DNA of 64,000 nucleotides from an uncultured Planctomycetales bacterium (GCA_964359575.1 CAYHTV010000001.1:5547-69546), one strand, 5' to 3'; positions 20,735 through 31,355 are shown, counted from the first letter of the stretch. Numbers and translations: made by a program. Notes: generated from the sequence alone by a model not told the origin.

Positions 20735-22345
20735 ATGAAAAAGCAAGTTAAACAATCGAATAAAGCCAGCAGGGACCAAGACTTCAAGCAGGATGTCGAA
20801 AAGCTTGTGACGCTGGGCCAGAAGAAAGGATTCCTGACCTATGAGGATGTGAATACAACCTTATCGGAAGATAATTCCTCGGAGGACATGGACCAAGTTT
20901 TTGACATTCTCGATGGAAATGATATCAAAATCATTGAGTCGGAAGAGGAGCCGGGAGGGGATGCGCTGGAAGATGTAGAATCCCGAGAACAGCAAATCCG
21001 CCGTCTGCGCGAAGCGCAAAATAAAGAAGAAGATGTTTATGCGGATAAGTTCATCCCCCTCGATGACCCTGTCAAGATGTATCTCAAACAGATGGGATCT
21101 ATTCCGCTTTTGTCGCGCGAAGATGAAATCAGCCTCGCTAAGCGCATCGAAGAGACAGAAAATAAATTTGCCGAGGCGCTTTTTAAAACAGCATTCGCAC
21201 GCAAGGAAGCCCTGCGCATCATCAATAGCGTCTTAAAGGAAGAGACTAACGTTGAAGACGTTATCAAAGATGAGTTAGAGCGGCGTCCCAAATTGATCCG
21301 TGATTTAAAAAGAATCATTGAGCGAGTCCGGCACGCGCGGCTGGGGACAGATCAATCCGCCAAGGCCTTAGCCGAATTCAAGCTCACCTCCAACATCAAC
21401 GAAGAAATTGTTGCTAAAATTACCGAGATTATCGATCGTGTGGAGCGGATTGATAGAATATTTAAAGGAAAGCGTAAAGTTGAGAATGTTAAAGAGCTGC
21501 GCAAGGAAAAGGCGAAACTTTTACGCGAGATTGGCGAATCTATCAATAGTGTGAAGGAACAGTTTAAGGGAATTAAAGTCCGCCAAGCCAAATTTAACAA
21601 AGCCAAGAAACTCCTTGTTGAGGCAAACTTAAGATTGGTTGTGAGCATCGCCAAAAAGTATATCAATCGCGGCCTTTCTTTTTTGGATCTTATTCAAGAA
21701 GGGAACATGGGGCTGATCCGCGCGGTGGAGAAATTTGAATATAAACGGGGATATAAATTTTCTACCTATGCCACTTGGTGGATCCGCCAGGCGATCACCC
21801 GTTCCATTGCCGACCAGTCGCGTACGATCCGTATTCCGGTTCACATGACGGAAACGATTAATAAAATTATTCGTGTTTCTCGTCTCTTTGTCCAGGAATA
21901 TGGCCGAGAACCCACCGCTCAAGAAATTGCCAAACAGATGCGCATCCCGATCAGTAAAGTGAAGGAAATTTTAAAGATTTCGCAAGTGCCAATTTCTTTG
22001 CAAACCCCCATCGGGGATGAAGGTGATACGCATTTTGGAGATTTTATTGAGGATCGTAAGGCGGTCTCACCGGCCAATGCGACGGTGCAATCTATGCTGA
22101 AGGAAGAAATATCGTCCGTTTTGTCGACACTTGATGAACGGGAGAGAAAGATTTTGGAATTGCGATTTGGAATTCACGATGGTTCCACCCGCACCTTAGA
22201 GGAAGTTGGCAGTGAGTTTAACGTCACGCGCGAGCGTGTGCGGCAGATCGAATCCAAGGCCTTACGCAAATTGCGCCATCCCACACGTTCTCGACGGATA
22301 AAGGCCTTTCTTGATATGGCATCAAAAGATGAAGGGATTGTCTAA
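20735..22345 (+). CDS. rpoD: RNA polymerase sigma factor RpoD (sigma-70)
   Basis: Region 2 ([37 protein letters not shown]) and region 4 are present; conserved dnaG-rpoD order. Confidence 0.95.
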   Translation: MKKQVKQSNKASRDQDFKQDVEKLVTLGQKKGFLTYEDVNTTLSEDNSSEDMDQVFDILDGNDIKIIESEEEPGGDALEDVESREQQIRRLREAQNKEEDVYADKFIPLDDPVKMYLKQMGSIPLLSREDEISLAKRIEETENKFAEALFKTAFARKEALRIINSVLKEETNVEDVIKDELERRPKLIRDLKRIIERVRHARLGTDQSAKALAEFKLTSNINEEIVAKITEIIDRVERIDRIFKGKRKVENVKELRKEKAKLLREIGESINSVKEQFKGIKVRQAKFNKAKKLLVEANLRLVVSIAKKYINRGLSFLDLIQEGNMGLIRAVEKFEYKRGYKFSTYATWWIRQAITRSIADQSRTIRIPVHMTETINKIIRVSRLFVQEYGREPTAQEIAKQMRIPISKVKEILKISQVPISLQTPIGDEGDTHFGDFIEDRKAVSPANATVQSMLKEEISSVLSTLDERERKILELRFGIHDGSTRTLEEVGSEFNVTRERVRQIESKALRKLRHPTRSRRIKAFLDMASKDEGIV

Positions 22346-22364
22346 AATAACCGTGTATTAAGTC

Positions 22365-22406
22365 AAAAGCAGCCTGCTCCGCAGCAAGGGGCGGGCTGCT
22401 TTTTTG
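22365..22406 (+). terminator. Rho-independent terminator after rpoD
   Basis: GC-rich hairpin AAAAGCAGCC...GGCTGC followed by TTTTTT. Confidence 0.55.
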
Positions 22407-22416
22407 GAATCAGGGC

Positions 22417-23244
22417 ATGATAAAATTTTGTAAAATTTTAAGATTTTCAATGATTTTATTTGGGATGATCTTAATCTCTCCGGCGTTTGGTGACAATCCA
22501 CCTGTCCTTGACTCCGAGATAAAAGCGATCGCCAATCAAGTCATGCTTAATATTTATGATGAAATCTTAAGAGTTAAAGCTAAGCATCCCGAGCTCGAAC
22601 AGTTTGCCGAACAAACAATGTATGAAAATCAACAAGGGGTTTATGCGATTGTTTATCAACGTCCACAATTGGATGCAAAGATGAAAAGAGAGCCGTATGA
22701 ATTTGCGGTTACGATTGTCCCGATGGATAATCGTATTTTTCAGGAACAAGGCCGGTACGCGTTCAATTTTGCTTTTCCTTTTTTGGACATCAAATTTGCC
22801 GGATATGAAAAAATGACTTATGGCAAAGGGCATTATGATATTTTGAAGGCTATCAATCTCCACGGCGAATTATTGGCCGAGTATCAGCAAAAATTTGTGC
22901 CGTTACAAATGATTTTGAAACCAACGAAAGCCTCCTATAAAGTCAAAGAGCCTATTGAATTCGAAGTAGAGTTGAAAAATGTCACTAACCATCACATGTT
23001 TGTTCATGAGATCAACGAAGCGAGTTTGTATTGTCAGTTTAATAATAAAATTTGGGGCACGCAGCAAAGAGGAAATCTTGGGACAAAAGACCTAGTCGTT
23101 AAATCCAAAGAGTCGGTGCGCCGGACATTTTTGGGAGAAGGGCTCAAAACGCCCGGGCAGCTTAACCTTTCGTGCTCTTATAATATGAGTATTAAAGGGG
23201 TTAAACCTTTTGCCAATCTAAGTGTAAAAGTGGTTAATGAATAG
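22417..23244 (+). CDS. Hypothetical secreted protein
   Basis: N-terminal signal-peptide-like hydrophobic segment; no recognisable motif. Confidence 0.4.
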   Translation: MIKFCKILRFSMILFGMILISPAFGDNPPVLDSEIKAIANQVMLNIYDEILRVKAKHPELEQFAEQTMYENQQGVYAIVYQRPQLDAKMKREPYEFAVTIVPMDNRIFQEQGRYAFNFAFPFLDIKFAGYEKMTYGKGHYDILKAINLHGELLAEYQQKFVPLQMILKPTKASYKVKEPIEFEVELKNVTNHHMFVHEINEASLYCQFNNKIWGTQQRGNLGTKDLVVKSKESVRRTFLGEGLKTPGQLNLSCSYNMSIKGVKPFANLSVKVVNE

Positions 23245-23413
23245 CGTTCGATGAGGCAAAGGTTTGTAACTCATTGATCAATAGTCATTTTTGAACCTCT
23301 TTTTTATTTTCTGGCCTCATTTCCGCGATTAATTCTGTTGAAAAGATATACCGCATATGATATGCTTAAAAATAAATTTTATTCGTAAAAATCGACTGAT
23401 TAGCTATTTATTC

Positions 23414-23487
23414 GGGCCCATAGCTCAGTCGGTCAGAGCAGTTGACTCATAATCAATTGGTCCCTGGTTCGAGTCCAGGTGGGCCCA
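23414..23487 (+). tRNA. tRNA-Met (anticodon CAT; elongator-type, could instead be tRNA-Ile2/lysidine)
   Basis: Cloverleaf with acceptor stem GGGCCCA/TGGGCCC, anticodon loop CTCATAA and TTCGAGT T-loop; G1-C72 pairs, so it is not an initiator; no encoded CCA. Confidence 0.8.
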
Positions 23488-23503
23488 GAGAAAAGTTGTT
23501 TCA

Positions 23504-23580
23504 GGGCGTATAGCTCAGCTGGTTAGAGCGCTGCCCTCACATGGCAGAGGCCGAGGGTTCGAGTCCTTCTATGCCCACCA
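23504..23580 (+). tRNA. tRNA-Val (anticodon CAC)
   Basis: Acceptor stem GGGCGTA/TATGCCC, anticodon stem CTGCC/GGCAG with loop CTCACAT, T-loop TTCGAGT, encoded CCA. Confidence 0.85.
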
Positions 23581-23670
23581 GTCTATTTTCCATGCAAAAA
23601 CGTTAGAAGGATAACAGCGTCTTTTTAAATGCCGCAGATCAAGGCCAATAAATGATAAGGACCATGACAC

Positions 23671-24396
23671 GTGCCACAGGTTTCCATTCGCGATCAAATT
23701 AAGAAGCTCATCGAGCTGCAAAAAATCGATAAAGAAATTTTCGATTACAGAAAGGAATTGGAAGAACGGCCGGCTTTGTTGAGCGAGCTCAAAGAAAAAT
23801 TTGAGAATCAAAAGGCGGCTTTAAAGCAGCTCGAGGAGAAGGTTAAGGCGATCTATTTGGACCGCAAAGCCAAGGAATTGGATCTGAAAACAAAAGAAGA
23901 TGAAATCACGAAAGCCAATTTACAACTTTTCCAAATCAAGACGAACAAAGAATATACTGCCAAGTTAACCGAGATCGAAACGCTTAAGGCCAATAAATCA
24001 ATCTTTGAAGAGAAAATATTGGCTTCGTATGATGAATCCGACGCCATTAATGCTAAAATTGAGAAGGAGAAAGCCTTTCTCGCGGCAGAAGAAAAATTCT
24101 ATTTAGCGCAGAAAAAAGAAATTGAAGATACTGTTAAAATTTTTCAGGATAAGGTCAAAGTTTTACAGAGCCAGCGGAATCAGCAATCTCCGGAGGTTGA
24201 TAAAGAAATTTTGCTGCGGTACGAAAGAATTTTAGAGAAACGAAACGGTATCGCCATTGTTCCGGTGCAGAACGAAGTATGCGGGGGATGTTATATGAAC
24301 GTGACCACCCAATCTGTCAACGAAATCAAGATGCATGAAAAGCTGATGATCTGTGAAATGTGCGCGCGGATTTTATATCTTGAGGATGATCTTTGA
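23671..24396 (+). CDS. Coiled-coil protein with C-terminal C4 zinc ribbon (COG1579-like)
   Basis: Long heptad-rich region, then CGGCY...CEMC zinc-ribbon; overlaps rnhA by 4 nt. Confidence 0.65.
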   Translation: MPQVSIRDQIKKLIELQKIDKEIFDYRKELEERPALLSELKEKFENQKAALKQLEEKVKAIYLDRKAKELDLKTKEDEITKANLQLFQIKTNKEYTAKLTEIETLKANKSIFEEKILASYDESDAINAKIEKEKAFLAAEEKFYLAQKKEIEDTVKIFQDKVKVLQSQRNQQSPEVDKEILLRYERILEKRNGIAIVPVQNEVCGGCYMNVTTQSVNEIKMHEKLMICEMCARILYLEDDL

Positions 24397-24854
24397 TGAA
24401 AGTTTTGGAAATATTTACCGATGGGGCGTGCCGCGGCAATCCGGGGCCGTCAGCCATCGGGGTGGTTATTAAGGAAAACGGCAAGGTTGTTAAAAAGATT
24501 GCACAATCAATAGGGGAAGCCACCAATAATATTGCCGAATACACGGCCTTAGTTTGCGCCCTGAAGGCGGCGGCAGGGCTTAAAGCCCAGCAGTTAAAAA
24601 TTTATACCGATAGTGAACTGCTTTATTATCAGTTGACCGGCACCTATCAGATTAAAAATGAGAATTTGAAATTACTTTTTGCTAAGGCTCAGGAAGCGGG
24701 GAAGAAATTTGAGCATATCCAAATTAAGCGTATTCCCCGTGAGCAAAATCAAGACGCCGATAAGTTGGCGACCCAAGCTATAAAAAAAGAGCAGGCCAAG
24801 GTGGTTGCCTCGGTGTTTTACACCGGGGAGGAAAGTCCGAGCTCCGCAGGATAA
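24393..24854 (+). CDS. rnhA: Ribonuclease HI
   Basis: LEIFTDGACRGNPGPSAIGVV, IAEYTALVCAL and IYTDSELL catalytic motifs of the RNase H fold; the last ~22 codons overlap the rnpB 5' region. Confidence 0.85.
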   Translation: MMKVLEIFTDGACRGNPGPSAIGVVIKENGKVVKKIAQSIGEATNNIAEYTALVCALKAAAGLKAQQLKIYTDSELLYYQLTGTYQIKNENLKLLFAKAQEAGKKFEHIQIKRIPREQNQDADKLATQAIKKEQAKVVASVFYTGEESPSSAG

Positions 24855-25263
24855 TGTATCCCGGTAATGCGGGACGATCCTAGTACTGTGTTTCCGAAAT
24901 TATGTACATAGAGGGACACAGTACTGTACTATGTTCCTCTGAATAAAATTAAAGTAACATAGTACTGGTTTATCGATTGAATAAAATCAATCAGTGGAAA
25001 TCTAGGAACGGATTAGAGCTACAGTGACGATGATCTCGGTGTTTACATCGAGGGAAGTGAAACGAGCAATCTCTACATGGAGCAAGGCCAAATAGGAAGA
25101 GAGCCTTAGCAAAATAATGGGGCACGAATCGATCCGGTTCGTTATTATCTTCGGGTAGGCTGCAAGAGTCAAGAGAGTAATCTCTTAGAGTGAGTGAGAT
25201 AACTACCCCTCATGCCTAAAAACATCATGAGGAACATAACTCGGCTTATTGGTCTGCTCAATT
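24786..25263 (+). ncRNA. rnpB: RNase P RNA (bacterial type A)
   Basis: GGAGGAAAGTCCGAGCTCC (P4 5' strand) at 24826-24844; CCCGGTAATGCGGG; GGAGCAAGGCCAAATAGG at 25079; CGGGTAGGCTGC; ACATAACTCGGCTTATTGG (P4 3' strand) with compensatory change CCGAG/CTCGG relative to E. coli CCGGG/CCCGG; P1 pairing AAGAGCAGGCCAA (24787-24799) with TTGGTCTGCTCAA (25248-25260); about 476 nt including an expansion around 24880-24960. Confidence 0.8.
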
Positions 25264-25266
25264 ATC

Positions 25267-25371
25267 TATGGGCCTTTGTACAACTAAAGAAAAAAATTTG
25301 AATTTATCATTGAGGAGACAAAGGCCAATATTGACTACTTCAATTCTTTTGGTTCTACAAAGGTCAATAAT
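25267..25371 (-). mobile_element. MITE-like repeat family 1, copy 6 (reverse orientation)
   Basis: Lies between the rnpB 3' end and the yebC RBS. Confidence 0.8.
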
Positions 25372-25393
25372 ATAGAAAACAGGAGGAAGTTCG

Positions 25394-26149
25394 ATGTCAG
25401 GTCATTCAAAATGGGCTAAAATTAAGCATAAAAAAGGCGCCACGGATGCTAAAAGAGGAGCGGCCTTTACAAAAATTATACGCGAGGTCACCGCAGCCGC
25501 TAAAGCGGGCGGCGGGGATCCAAATAAAAATCCGCGCCTGCGCACGGCCATTGCCCGTGCCAAGATTATTAATATGCCTGGCTCAAACGTAGAGAACGCG
25601 ATTAAAAAGGGTACCGGAGAACTGCCAGGGGTGGTTTATGAAACGGTTGTCTTTGACGCTTATGGCCCGGGCGGCGTGGCACTTCTTATTGAAGGATTAA
25701 CCGATAACAAGAACCGCACCACCGCAGAAGTGCGTAACATTCTTGCTAAGAAAAATGGGAGTTTGGCCGGCGCTGGGAGCACCGCCTGGATGTTCACAAA
25801 GAAAGGCTTTTTGTCTATCGAGAAAAATAAAATTGGCGAAGAGGAGCTTATGAATATTGTCCTGGATGCAGGCGCTGATGATATTAAATCGGAGGGGAGT
25901 TATTATGAAATCACCTGTGACCCTTCGGTTTTCGAATCCGTCAAGGCAGTCGTGGAAGCAAAAAAAATCATGCCCGACACTGCGGAAATTACGATGATTC
26001 CAAACTCAACAGTGAAAGTTCAAGGCGAAGATGCTAAAAATATTTTAACCCTTTTGGAATTTTTGGAGGATCATGAGGATGTGCAGGCGGTTCATGCGAA
26101 TTTTGATATTTCTGAGGAAGATTTAGAAAAAGTCGCTGGCTCATCATGA
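25394..26149 (+). CDS. yebC: YebC/PmpR family DNA-binding transcriptional regulator
   Basis: MSGHSKWAKIKHKKGATDAKRGAAFTKIIREV is the YebC family signature; 251 aa. Confidence 0.95.
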   Translation: MSGHSKWAKIKHKKGATDAKRGAAFTKIIREVTAAAKAGGGDPNKNPRLRTAIARAKIINMPGSNVENAIKKGTGELPGVVYETVVFDAYGPGGVALLIEGLTDNKNRTTAEVRNILAKKNGSLAGAGSTAWMFTKKGFLSIEKNKIGEEELMNIVLDAGADDIKSEGSYYEITCDPSVFESVKAVVEAKKIMPDTAEITMIPNSTVKVQGEDAKNILTLLEFLEDHEDVQAVHANFDISEEDLEKVAGSS

Positions 26150-26637
26150 GAATCTTAGGGATCGATCCTGGATTAAAAGCAACCGGATATGGTTTTATCG
26201 ATTTTGAAGGACAGCACATGGCAAGCATTAAATTGCGCGAAACAGGAACAATCGAGCCCAAGCAAAACGATTTAATACAAAATAGAATTGCGAAGGTCTA
26301 TCAATATCTCGATGAGCTTCTGGTTGAGCATAAACCGGATGTCATGGTCCTTGAAAAATTATATGCGCATTACAACCACCCGGTCACGGCATGTAAGCTG
26401 GGCCATGTGCGCGGAGTGATTTGCCTTTTATGCGCGCAGCGGAAGATTAAACTTGTGGAGCATAGTGTGAAGCGGATTCGCATCGCCTTAGTGGGAAATG
26501 GCAATGCCTCGAAGCTTCAGACCCAGCAAGTCGTAGCACATATGCTCAAGATTGAGCAAAGTCAACTGACTCCGGATGCCAGTGACGCGTTGGCCTTAGC
26601 GCTGGGATATGTGCATATTCACAGCCGATCACTATGA
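26146..26637 (+). CDS. ruvC: Crossover junction endodeoxyribonuclease RuvC
   Basis: MRILGIDPGLKATGYG N-terminus; conserved yebC-ruvC-ruvA linkage. Confidence 0.95.
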   Translation: MRILGIDPGLKATGYGFIDFEGQHMASIKLRETGTIEPKQNDLIQNRIAKVYQYLDELLVEHKPDVMVLEKLYAHYNHPVTACKLGHVRGVICLLCAQRKIKLVEHSVKRIRIALVGNGNASKLQTQQVVAHMLKIEQSQLTPDASDALALALGYVHIHSRSL

Positions 26638-27269
26638 TTGTTAAACTCTCGGGTAAATTGATTCAAAAGGCAGAGCAGTCGTTGATCCTCAATGTCCAAG
26701 GGGTGCATTACGAGATTTTAGTCCCGGGGTCGGTGTTAAGCCGTATTGATCAGCATTTGAATTCCGACAGCCATGTTGATTTAATTGTTTATCATTATTT
26801 TCAAATCGGGACGGGAAGCGGTTTTCCGGTTATGGTAGGCTTCTTAAACGAAGTGGAACGGGATTTCTTTCTGCAGTTTATTAAAGTTTCCGGCATCGGG
26901 CCGCGCGCGGCGATCAAGGCCTTTAATAAACCTATTTCAGAAATTGCCACGGCTATCGAGGAGGGAAACCATAAATTTCTTCAGACCTTGCCCGGGATAG
27001 GCGTGCAAAAAGCCAGGGAAATTATTGCCAAACTGCAGGGCAAAGTCGGTAAATACGGTTTGATTCAAGATAAAGGTGTAGCTGCCCAGCGAGCTGCCAC
27101 ACAACCCGCTGAGGTTTGGCAGGAAGAAGCACTCGCCGTTCTTTTGCAATTGCAGTATAAACGACTGGAAGCTGCCGAAATGATTCAAAAAGCCCTACAG
27201 CGTTCCACGGGGATCAAAACAGCGGAAGATTTATTAAATGAGATTTATAAACAAAGGATAAAAGCGTAA
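26634..27269 (+). CDS. ruvA: Holliday junction branch migration protein RuvA
   Basis: OB-fold N-terminus and an HhH region (GIGPRAAIKA...LPGIGVQKAREI); 211 aa. Confidence 0.9.
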   Translation: MIVKLSGKLIQKAEQSLILNVQGVHYEILVPGSVLSRIDQHLNSDSHVDLIVYHYFQIGTGSGFPVMVGFLNEVERDFFLQFIKVSGIGPRAAIKAFNKPISEIATAIEEGNHKFLQTLPGIGVQKAREIIAKLQGKVGKYGLIQDKGVAAQRAATQPAEVWQEEALAVLLQLQYKRLEAAEMIQKALQRSTGIKTAEDLLNEIYKQRIKA

Positions 27270-28153
27270 TGGACCAGGCATCGATGGATCATGTCAAAGG
27301 TGTGGTTGAGGCCTTGTTATTTGTTAATGAAAAGCCGGTGACGCTGCAGCAGATGAAAGAGGTCATGGAGGGCGTTAGTGCGGCGGAATTGAAGCAGATC
27401 ATCCAAAATCTCAAAGACGAATCCGAGCAGAAAAAAAGCGGCATGCTGGTCGTTGAAATCGCCGAGGGCTATCAAATGTTGACCAACCCGCTCTATGCCT
27501 CGTATGTGCGCAGTTTTTATAAAACCCGCCATAAGGAGCGTTTATCGAAACCCGCTCTGGAGACTTTAGCCATTATTGCGTATAAACAACCCGTGACGCG
27601 CGCGGATGTGGAATTGATTCGCGGAGTTAATTCGGATGGGGTCATGGTGCATTTGTTAAATAAAGAATTGATTAAAGCTGTTGGGCGAAAAGATATTCCT
27701 GGGCGGCCTTTTCTCTATGGAACGACAAAACAATTTTTAGAATATTTTGGCTTGAAGTCTCTATCCGACCTGCCGAAACTAGAAGAGTTTCCATCACTGC
27801 AGCCTGTTCAAGCTTCTGGAGAGGGCCCAGTTGTCGAGGCGGCTCCACAGGCTCCAGCCGTTGTCGAAACAGGTATCAATAATCCGCCCAGCGTTGTTGA
27901 AATTTTTCAACAACCTGCTGCGCTTGAAGAGCAGGTTTTGGATTCTTCACGATTGGATCAGATTGAAAAGGGAAACCGCGATGACCTGCCCCTCATGGGT
28001 GAGCCTAATTTAAAGGAGGCTATGGAACAGGTTAGCGCGCCAGAAAATAATGACGAGGCGGTCAACTTGCCGCTGGAAGTTCAGCCCGAATCACGTTTGG
28101 CCAATATTCTTAAACAAGAATCAGAATTGTCATCGGATCATGATGAGGCCTAA
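27269..28153 (+). CDS. scpB: Segregation and condensation protein B
   Basis: Two winged-helix repeats (LSKPALETLAIIAYKQPVTRADVELIRGV...) and an acidic C-terminal tail. Confidence 0.85.
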   Translation: MDQASMDHVKGVVEALLFVNEKPVTLQQMKEVMEGVSAAELKQIIQNLKDESEQKKSGMLVVEIAEGYQMLTNPLYASYVRSFYKTRHKERLSKPALETLAIIAYKQPVTRADVELIRGVNSDGVMVHLLNKELIKAVGRKDIPGRPFLYGTTKQFLEYFGLKSLSDLPKLEEFPSLQPVQASGEGPVVEAAPQAPAVVETGINNPPSVVEIFQQPAALEEQVLDSSRLDQIEKGNRDDLPLMGEPNLKEAMEQVSAPENNDEAVNLPLEVQPESRLANILKQESELSSDHDEA

Positions 28154-28155
28154 AT

Positions 28156-29211
28156 ATGAGTATCGAAAGTCTGCGAAAAAAAATTGATGCCCTGGATAAA
28201 AAAATCGTCGCGTTATTAAATGACCGCGCCAAAATCAGCCTTTTGATCGGGCAGGAGAAAATGAGAAGTAAGAAAGGCATTTATTCTCCCGGCCGGGAAA
28301 AACAAGTGCTTAAGCACATCGCCTCACTCAATCAAGGCCCAGTTTCTCTCGAAGCGCTGGATGCTATTTATCGTGAGATTATGTCTTCTTCACTTTCCCT
28401 GGAAAGAATTAAAGATGTTGCTTATTTGGGAACGCAGGGATCATTTACGCATGCCGCCGCTTTAAAAAAGTTTGGCTCTCAGGTGAATTATCAGTCATGC
28501 AATACAATCCTGGAAGTTTTTCAAAAGGTTGAGCGTGACGAATGTGATTATGGGATTGTGCCCATCGAAAATTCTACCGAAGGCGCGGTGACGCACACGT
28601 TAGATATGTTCGTTGATTCGGATCTAAAAATCTGCGCTCAGATTCTCTGCCCAATTTCCCATAATCTTTTATCCAAAGCGCGTTTAGATAAAATCAAAAA
28701 GATTTATTCGAATCCGCAGGTTTTTGGTCAATGCCGGAATTGGCTGCTAGAGCATTTGCCTAAGGCCGGCCAGATTTCTGTTTCTTCAACGACCCAGGCG
28801 GCGCGCACAGCCGTGCACGAAAAAGGTAGTGCAGCCATTGCCTCGGTTTTAGCCGCGGAAGTTTACAAACTGCCGGTTTTGCGCAGGAATATTCAAGACA
28901 TTGCCAATAACACGACGCGATTTTTGGTGATTGGCACCCAAGAGGCTCAGCCAACGGGACATGACCGCACTTCGATTTTATTCTCCATCAAAGATAAGGT
29001 GGGCGCGCTGCACGCGATGATAACTCCTTTTTATCAAAATAAAATTAATCTTACGAAAATTGAATCGCGGCCTTCAAAAAGACGGGCCTGGGATTATTAT
29101 TTTTTTGTGGATTTCGAAGGCCATCGTTTGGATAGAAATGCCAAGCGGGCCCTCGCGAAATTGGAAGATATGTGCAAATATTTAAAAATTTTGGGTTCTT
29201 ACCCGGTGTGA
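28156..29211 (+). CDS. pheA: Bifunctional chorismate mutase / prephenate dehydratase
   Basis: N-terminal chorismate mutase II (LRKKIDALDKKIVALLNDRAKIS), a prephenate dehydratase core (VAYLGTQGSFTHAAA), and a C-terminal ACT domain. Confidence 0.9.
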   Translation: MSIESLRKKIDALDKKIVALLNDRAKISLLIGQEKMRSKKGIYSPGREKQVLKHIASLNQGPVSLEALDAIYREIMSSSLSLERIKDVAYLGTQGSFTHAAALKKFGSQVNYQSCNTILEVFQKVERDECDYGIVPIENSTEGAVTHTLDMFVDSDLKICAQILCPISHNLLSKARLDKIKKIYSNPQVFGQCRNWLLEHLPKAGQISVSSTTQAARTAVHEKGSAAIASVLAAEVYKLPVLRRNIQDIANNTTRFLVIGTQEAQPTGHDRTSILFSIKDKVGALHAMITPFYQNKINLTKIESRPSKRRAWDYYFFVDFEGHRLDRNAKRALAKLEDMCKYLKILGSYPV

Positions 29212-29215
29212 TTTT

Positions 29216-30301
29216 ATGAAAACAATCGTCAATCGGCATGTGCTGCGGGCTGAACCTTATGTCCCGGGAAAACCCATCGCGGAGGTCAAGCGCGAATTGG
29301 GATTAAAACAGGTTGTTAAATTGGCTTCGAATGAAAGTCCATTTGCTCCCTCACCCAAAGTCCTGCAGGCTATCGCTGCCGAGGCAAAAAGTCTTAATCG
29401 TTATCCTGATGGGCAGTGCTTTTATCTCCGGCAAGAGCTTGCCAAACGCCTCAAGGTGGCTCCAGAACAACTCATTTTTGGCAATGGGTCGGATGAGATC
29501 ATTGTTATGGCTATCCGCGCCTTCGTTGAGCCTGGGAATGAAGTCGTGATCGCCAAGCCGTCTTTTCTTATTTATGAAATCGCCGCGAAATTAGCCGGTG
29601 CCAAAATCAAGGCTGTTCCTTTGCGTAATTTTTTTTATGATTTGGACAATATGAAGCGAGCGGTCACGGAAAAGACCAAAATGATCTTTATTGGTAATCC
29701 CGATAATCCGGCCGGGACATATGTCACGCACAGCGAAATTTTAGATTTTTTAAGCAATCTTCGACGTGATATTATTATTTTTTTCGATGAGGCCTATTTT
29801 GAATATGTGTTGGAAAAAGATTATCCCGATACGCTTAAATTGTTGAGTGATTATAAAAATGTCATTATCACGCGGACGTTTTCAAAGCTTTACGGTTTGG
29901 CAGGATTGCGGGTGGGGTATGGCATCGCCGATAAGGAAGTTGTTGAGATCTTAAATCGGGTACGGGAACCGTTCAATGTGAATTCCGTAGCACAGGCGGC
30001 GGCCTTGGCGTGCTTGAAAGATCAGGCGTATTATCAGCGCGTTGTCCGGTATACTCACAAACAAAAAAAGATTATTTATGCCGCACTGGAAAAACTGAAT
30101 TTATTGTTTAGGGAAAGCGCGGCAAATTTTATTTTGCTTGATGTGAAACGCAATAGCAGCGAAGTGGCAAGGGAAATGCTCAAGCGAGGGGTCATTGTGC
30201 GCGACATGTCTCCTTGGGGATTGCGGAATTTTATCCGTCTGACGATTGGAATGGAAAACGAAAATAAGCGATTTTTGGAGGTTTTGAAGGAGGTCTTATG
30301 A
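29216..30301 (+). CDS. hisC: Histidinol-phosphate / aromatic-amino-acid aminotransferase (class II PLP enzyme)
   Basis: LASNESPFAPSP, NRYPDG and FSKLYGLAGLRVGY motifs; sits in an aromatic amino-acid context. Confidence 0.8.
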   Translation: MKTIVNRHVLRAEPYVPGKPIAEVKRELGLKQVVKLASNESPFAPSPKVLQAIAAEAKSLNRYPDGQCFYLRQELAKRLKVAPEQLIFGNGSDEIIVMAIRAFVEPGNEVVIAKPSFLIYEIAAKLAGAKIKAVPLRNFFYDLDNMKRAVTEKTKMIFIGNPDNPAGTYVTHSEILDFLSNLRRDIIIFFDEAYFEYVLEKDYPDTLKLLSDYKNVIITRTFSKLYGLAGLRVGYGIADKEVVEILNRVREPFNVNSVAQAAALACLKDQAYYQRVVRYTHKQKKIIYAALEKLNLLFRESAANFILLDVKRNSSEVAREMLKRGVIVRDMSPWGLRNFIRLTIGMENENKRFLEVLKEVL

Positions 30302-31314
30302 TTATTATTCTTAAACCCGACGCAACGGAACAGCAGATTCAGCATATCATTGAAAAAGCCGAGAAATTAGGGCTGAGCGCTCATATCTCGCGCGGGGTGG
30401 AGCGGACGATTATTGGCTTTATCGGACCCGAAGATGTATTACGCAATACGCCTTTGGAAATATTCCCGGGAGTGGAACGGGTCATGCCCGTCTTAGCGCC
30501 GTATAAACTTGTTTCGCGTGAATTCAAAAGAGAAGACACGATTGTTTCCATCGGCAAAGATGTGAAGGTGGGCGGCAAAAAAATTGTGCTCATGGCTGGG
30601 CCGTGCTCGATCGAGGATTTTGATTCTTTATTGTCCTTGGCCACTCAAGTGAAGCGGGCAGGGGCAACGGTTTTGCGCGGTGGTGCCTTTAAGCCCAGAA
30701 CCTCACCTTATGATTTTCAGGGTCTGGGTGAGGAAGGATTGAAATATTTGGCCGATGTTGGCAAACAGGTCGGCATTGCCACGGTCACGGAAGTTATGGA
30801 TCCGCGCGATGTGGGGCTCATCGCTAAATACGTGGATGTCTTTCAAATAGGGGCAAGAAATATGCAAAATTTTTCACTCCTCAAAGAAGTCGGCTTGACC
30901 CAAAAACCCGTGATGCTCAAACGCGGTATGAGTGCTACGATTAAAGATTTGTTGATGTCGGCGGAGTATATCCTTTCGCAGGGGAATTTTAATGTGATAT
31001 TGTGTGAACGGGGAATCCGGACATTTGAAACAGCTACCCGCAACACCTTGGATATTAACGCTGTTGCGGTTGTGAAGCAATTGTCTCATTTACCAATTGT
31101 CGTGGATCCAAGCCATGCAACCGGGCGGTGGGGATTAGTGCCCAGCGCGGCCAAGGCGGCCGTCGCTGCCGGATGTGATGGCTTAATGATTGAAGTGCAT
31201 GAAAATCCTGAGGAGGCATTATCGGATGGGCCGCAGTCTTTGATTCCGGAAAATTTTAGCGTGCTCGTCAAGGATCTGCAATTAATCGCGACAGCTGTCT
31301 CGCGTGAAATTTAG
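30298..31314 (+). CDS. aroF: 3-deoxy-7-phosphoheptulonate (DAHP) synthase, class I-beta with N-terminal regulatory domain
   Basis: N-terminal ferredoxin-like domain, then [12 protein letters not shown]...[13 protein letters not shown]...LPIVVDPSH. Confidence 0.85.
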   Translation: MIIILKPDATEQQIQHIIEKAEKLGLSAHISRGVERTIIGFIGPEDVLRNTPLEIFPGVERVMPVLAPYKLVSREFKREDTIVSIGKDVKVGGKKIVLMAGPCSIEDFDSLLSLATQVKRAGATVLRGGAFKPRTSPYDFQGLGEEGLKYLADVGKQVGIATVTEVMDPRDVGLIAKYVDVFQIGARNMQNFSLLKEVGLTQKPVMLKRGMSATIKDLLMSAEYILSQGNFNVILCERGIRTFETATRNTLDINAVAVVKQLSHLPIVVDPSHATGRWGLVPSAAKAAVAAGCDGLMIEVHENPEEALSDGPQSLIPENFSVLVKDLQLIATAVSREI

Positions 31315-31355
31315 TTTAGCATCGTAGATTTGTTAATTTAATCAAGGAGCCAGCT

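Noticed and set aside
23414-23487. Calling the CAT-anticodon tRNA an initiator tRNA-fMet
   Set aside because: Position 1 pairs with 72 (G-C), and the anticodon stem lacks the three consecutive G-C pairs typical of initiators.
24880-24960. AGTACTG-rich inverted repeats, considered as a separate small mobile element
   Set aside because: They lie between conserved RNase P RNA blocks and most likely form an expanded helix (P12 region) of rnpB.
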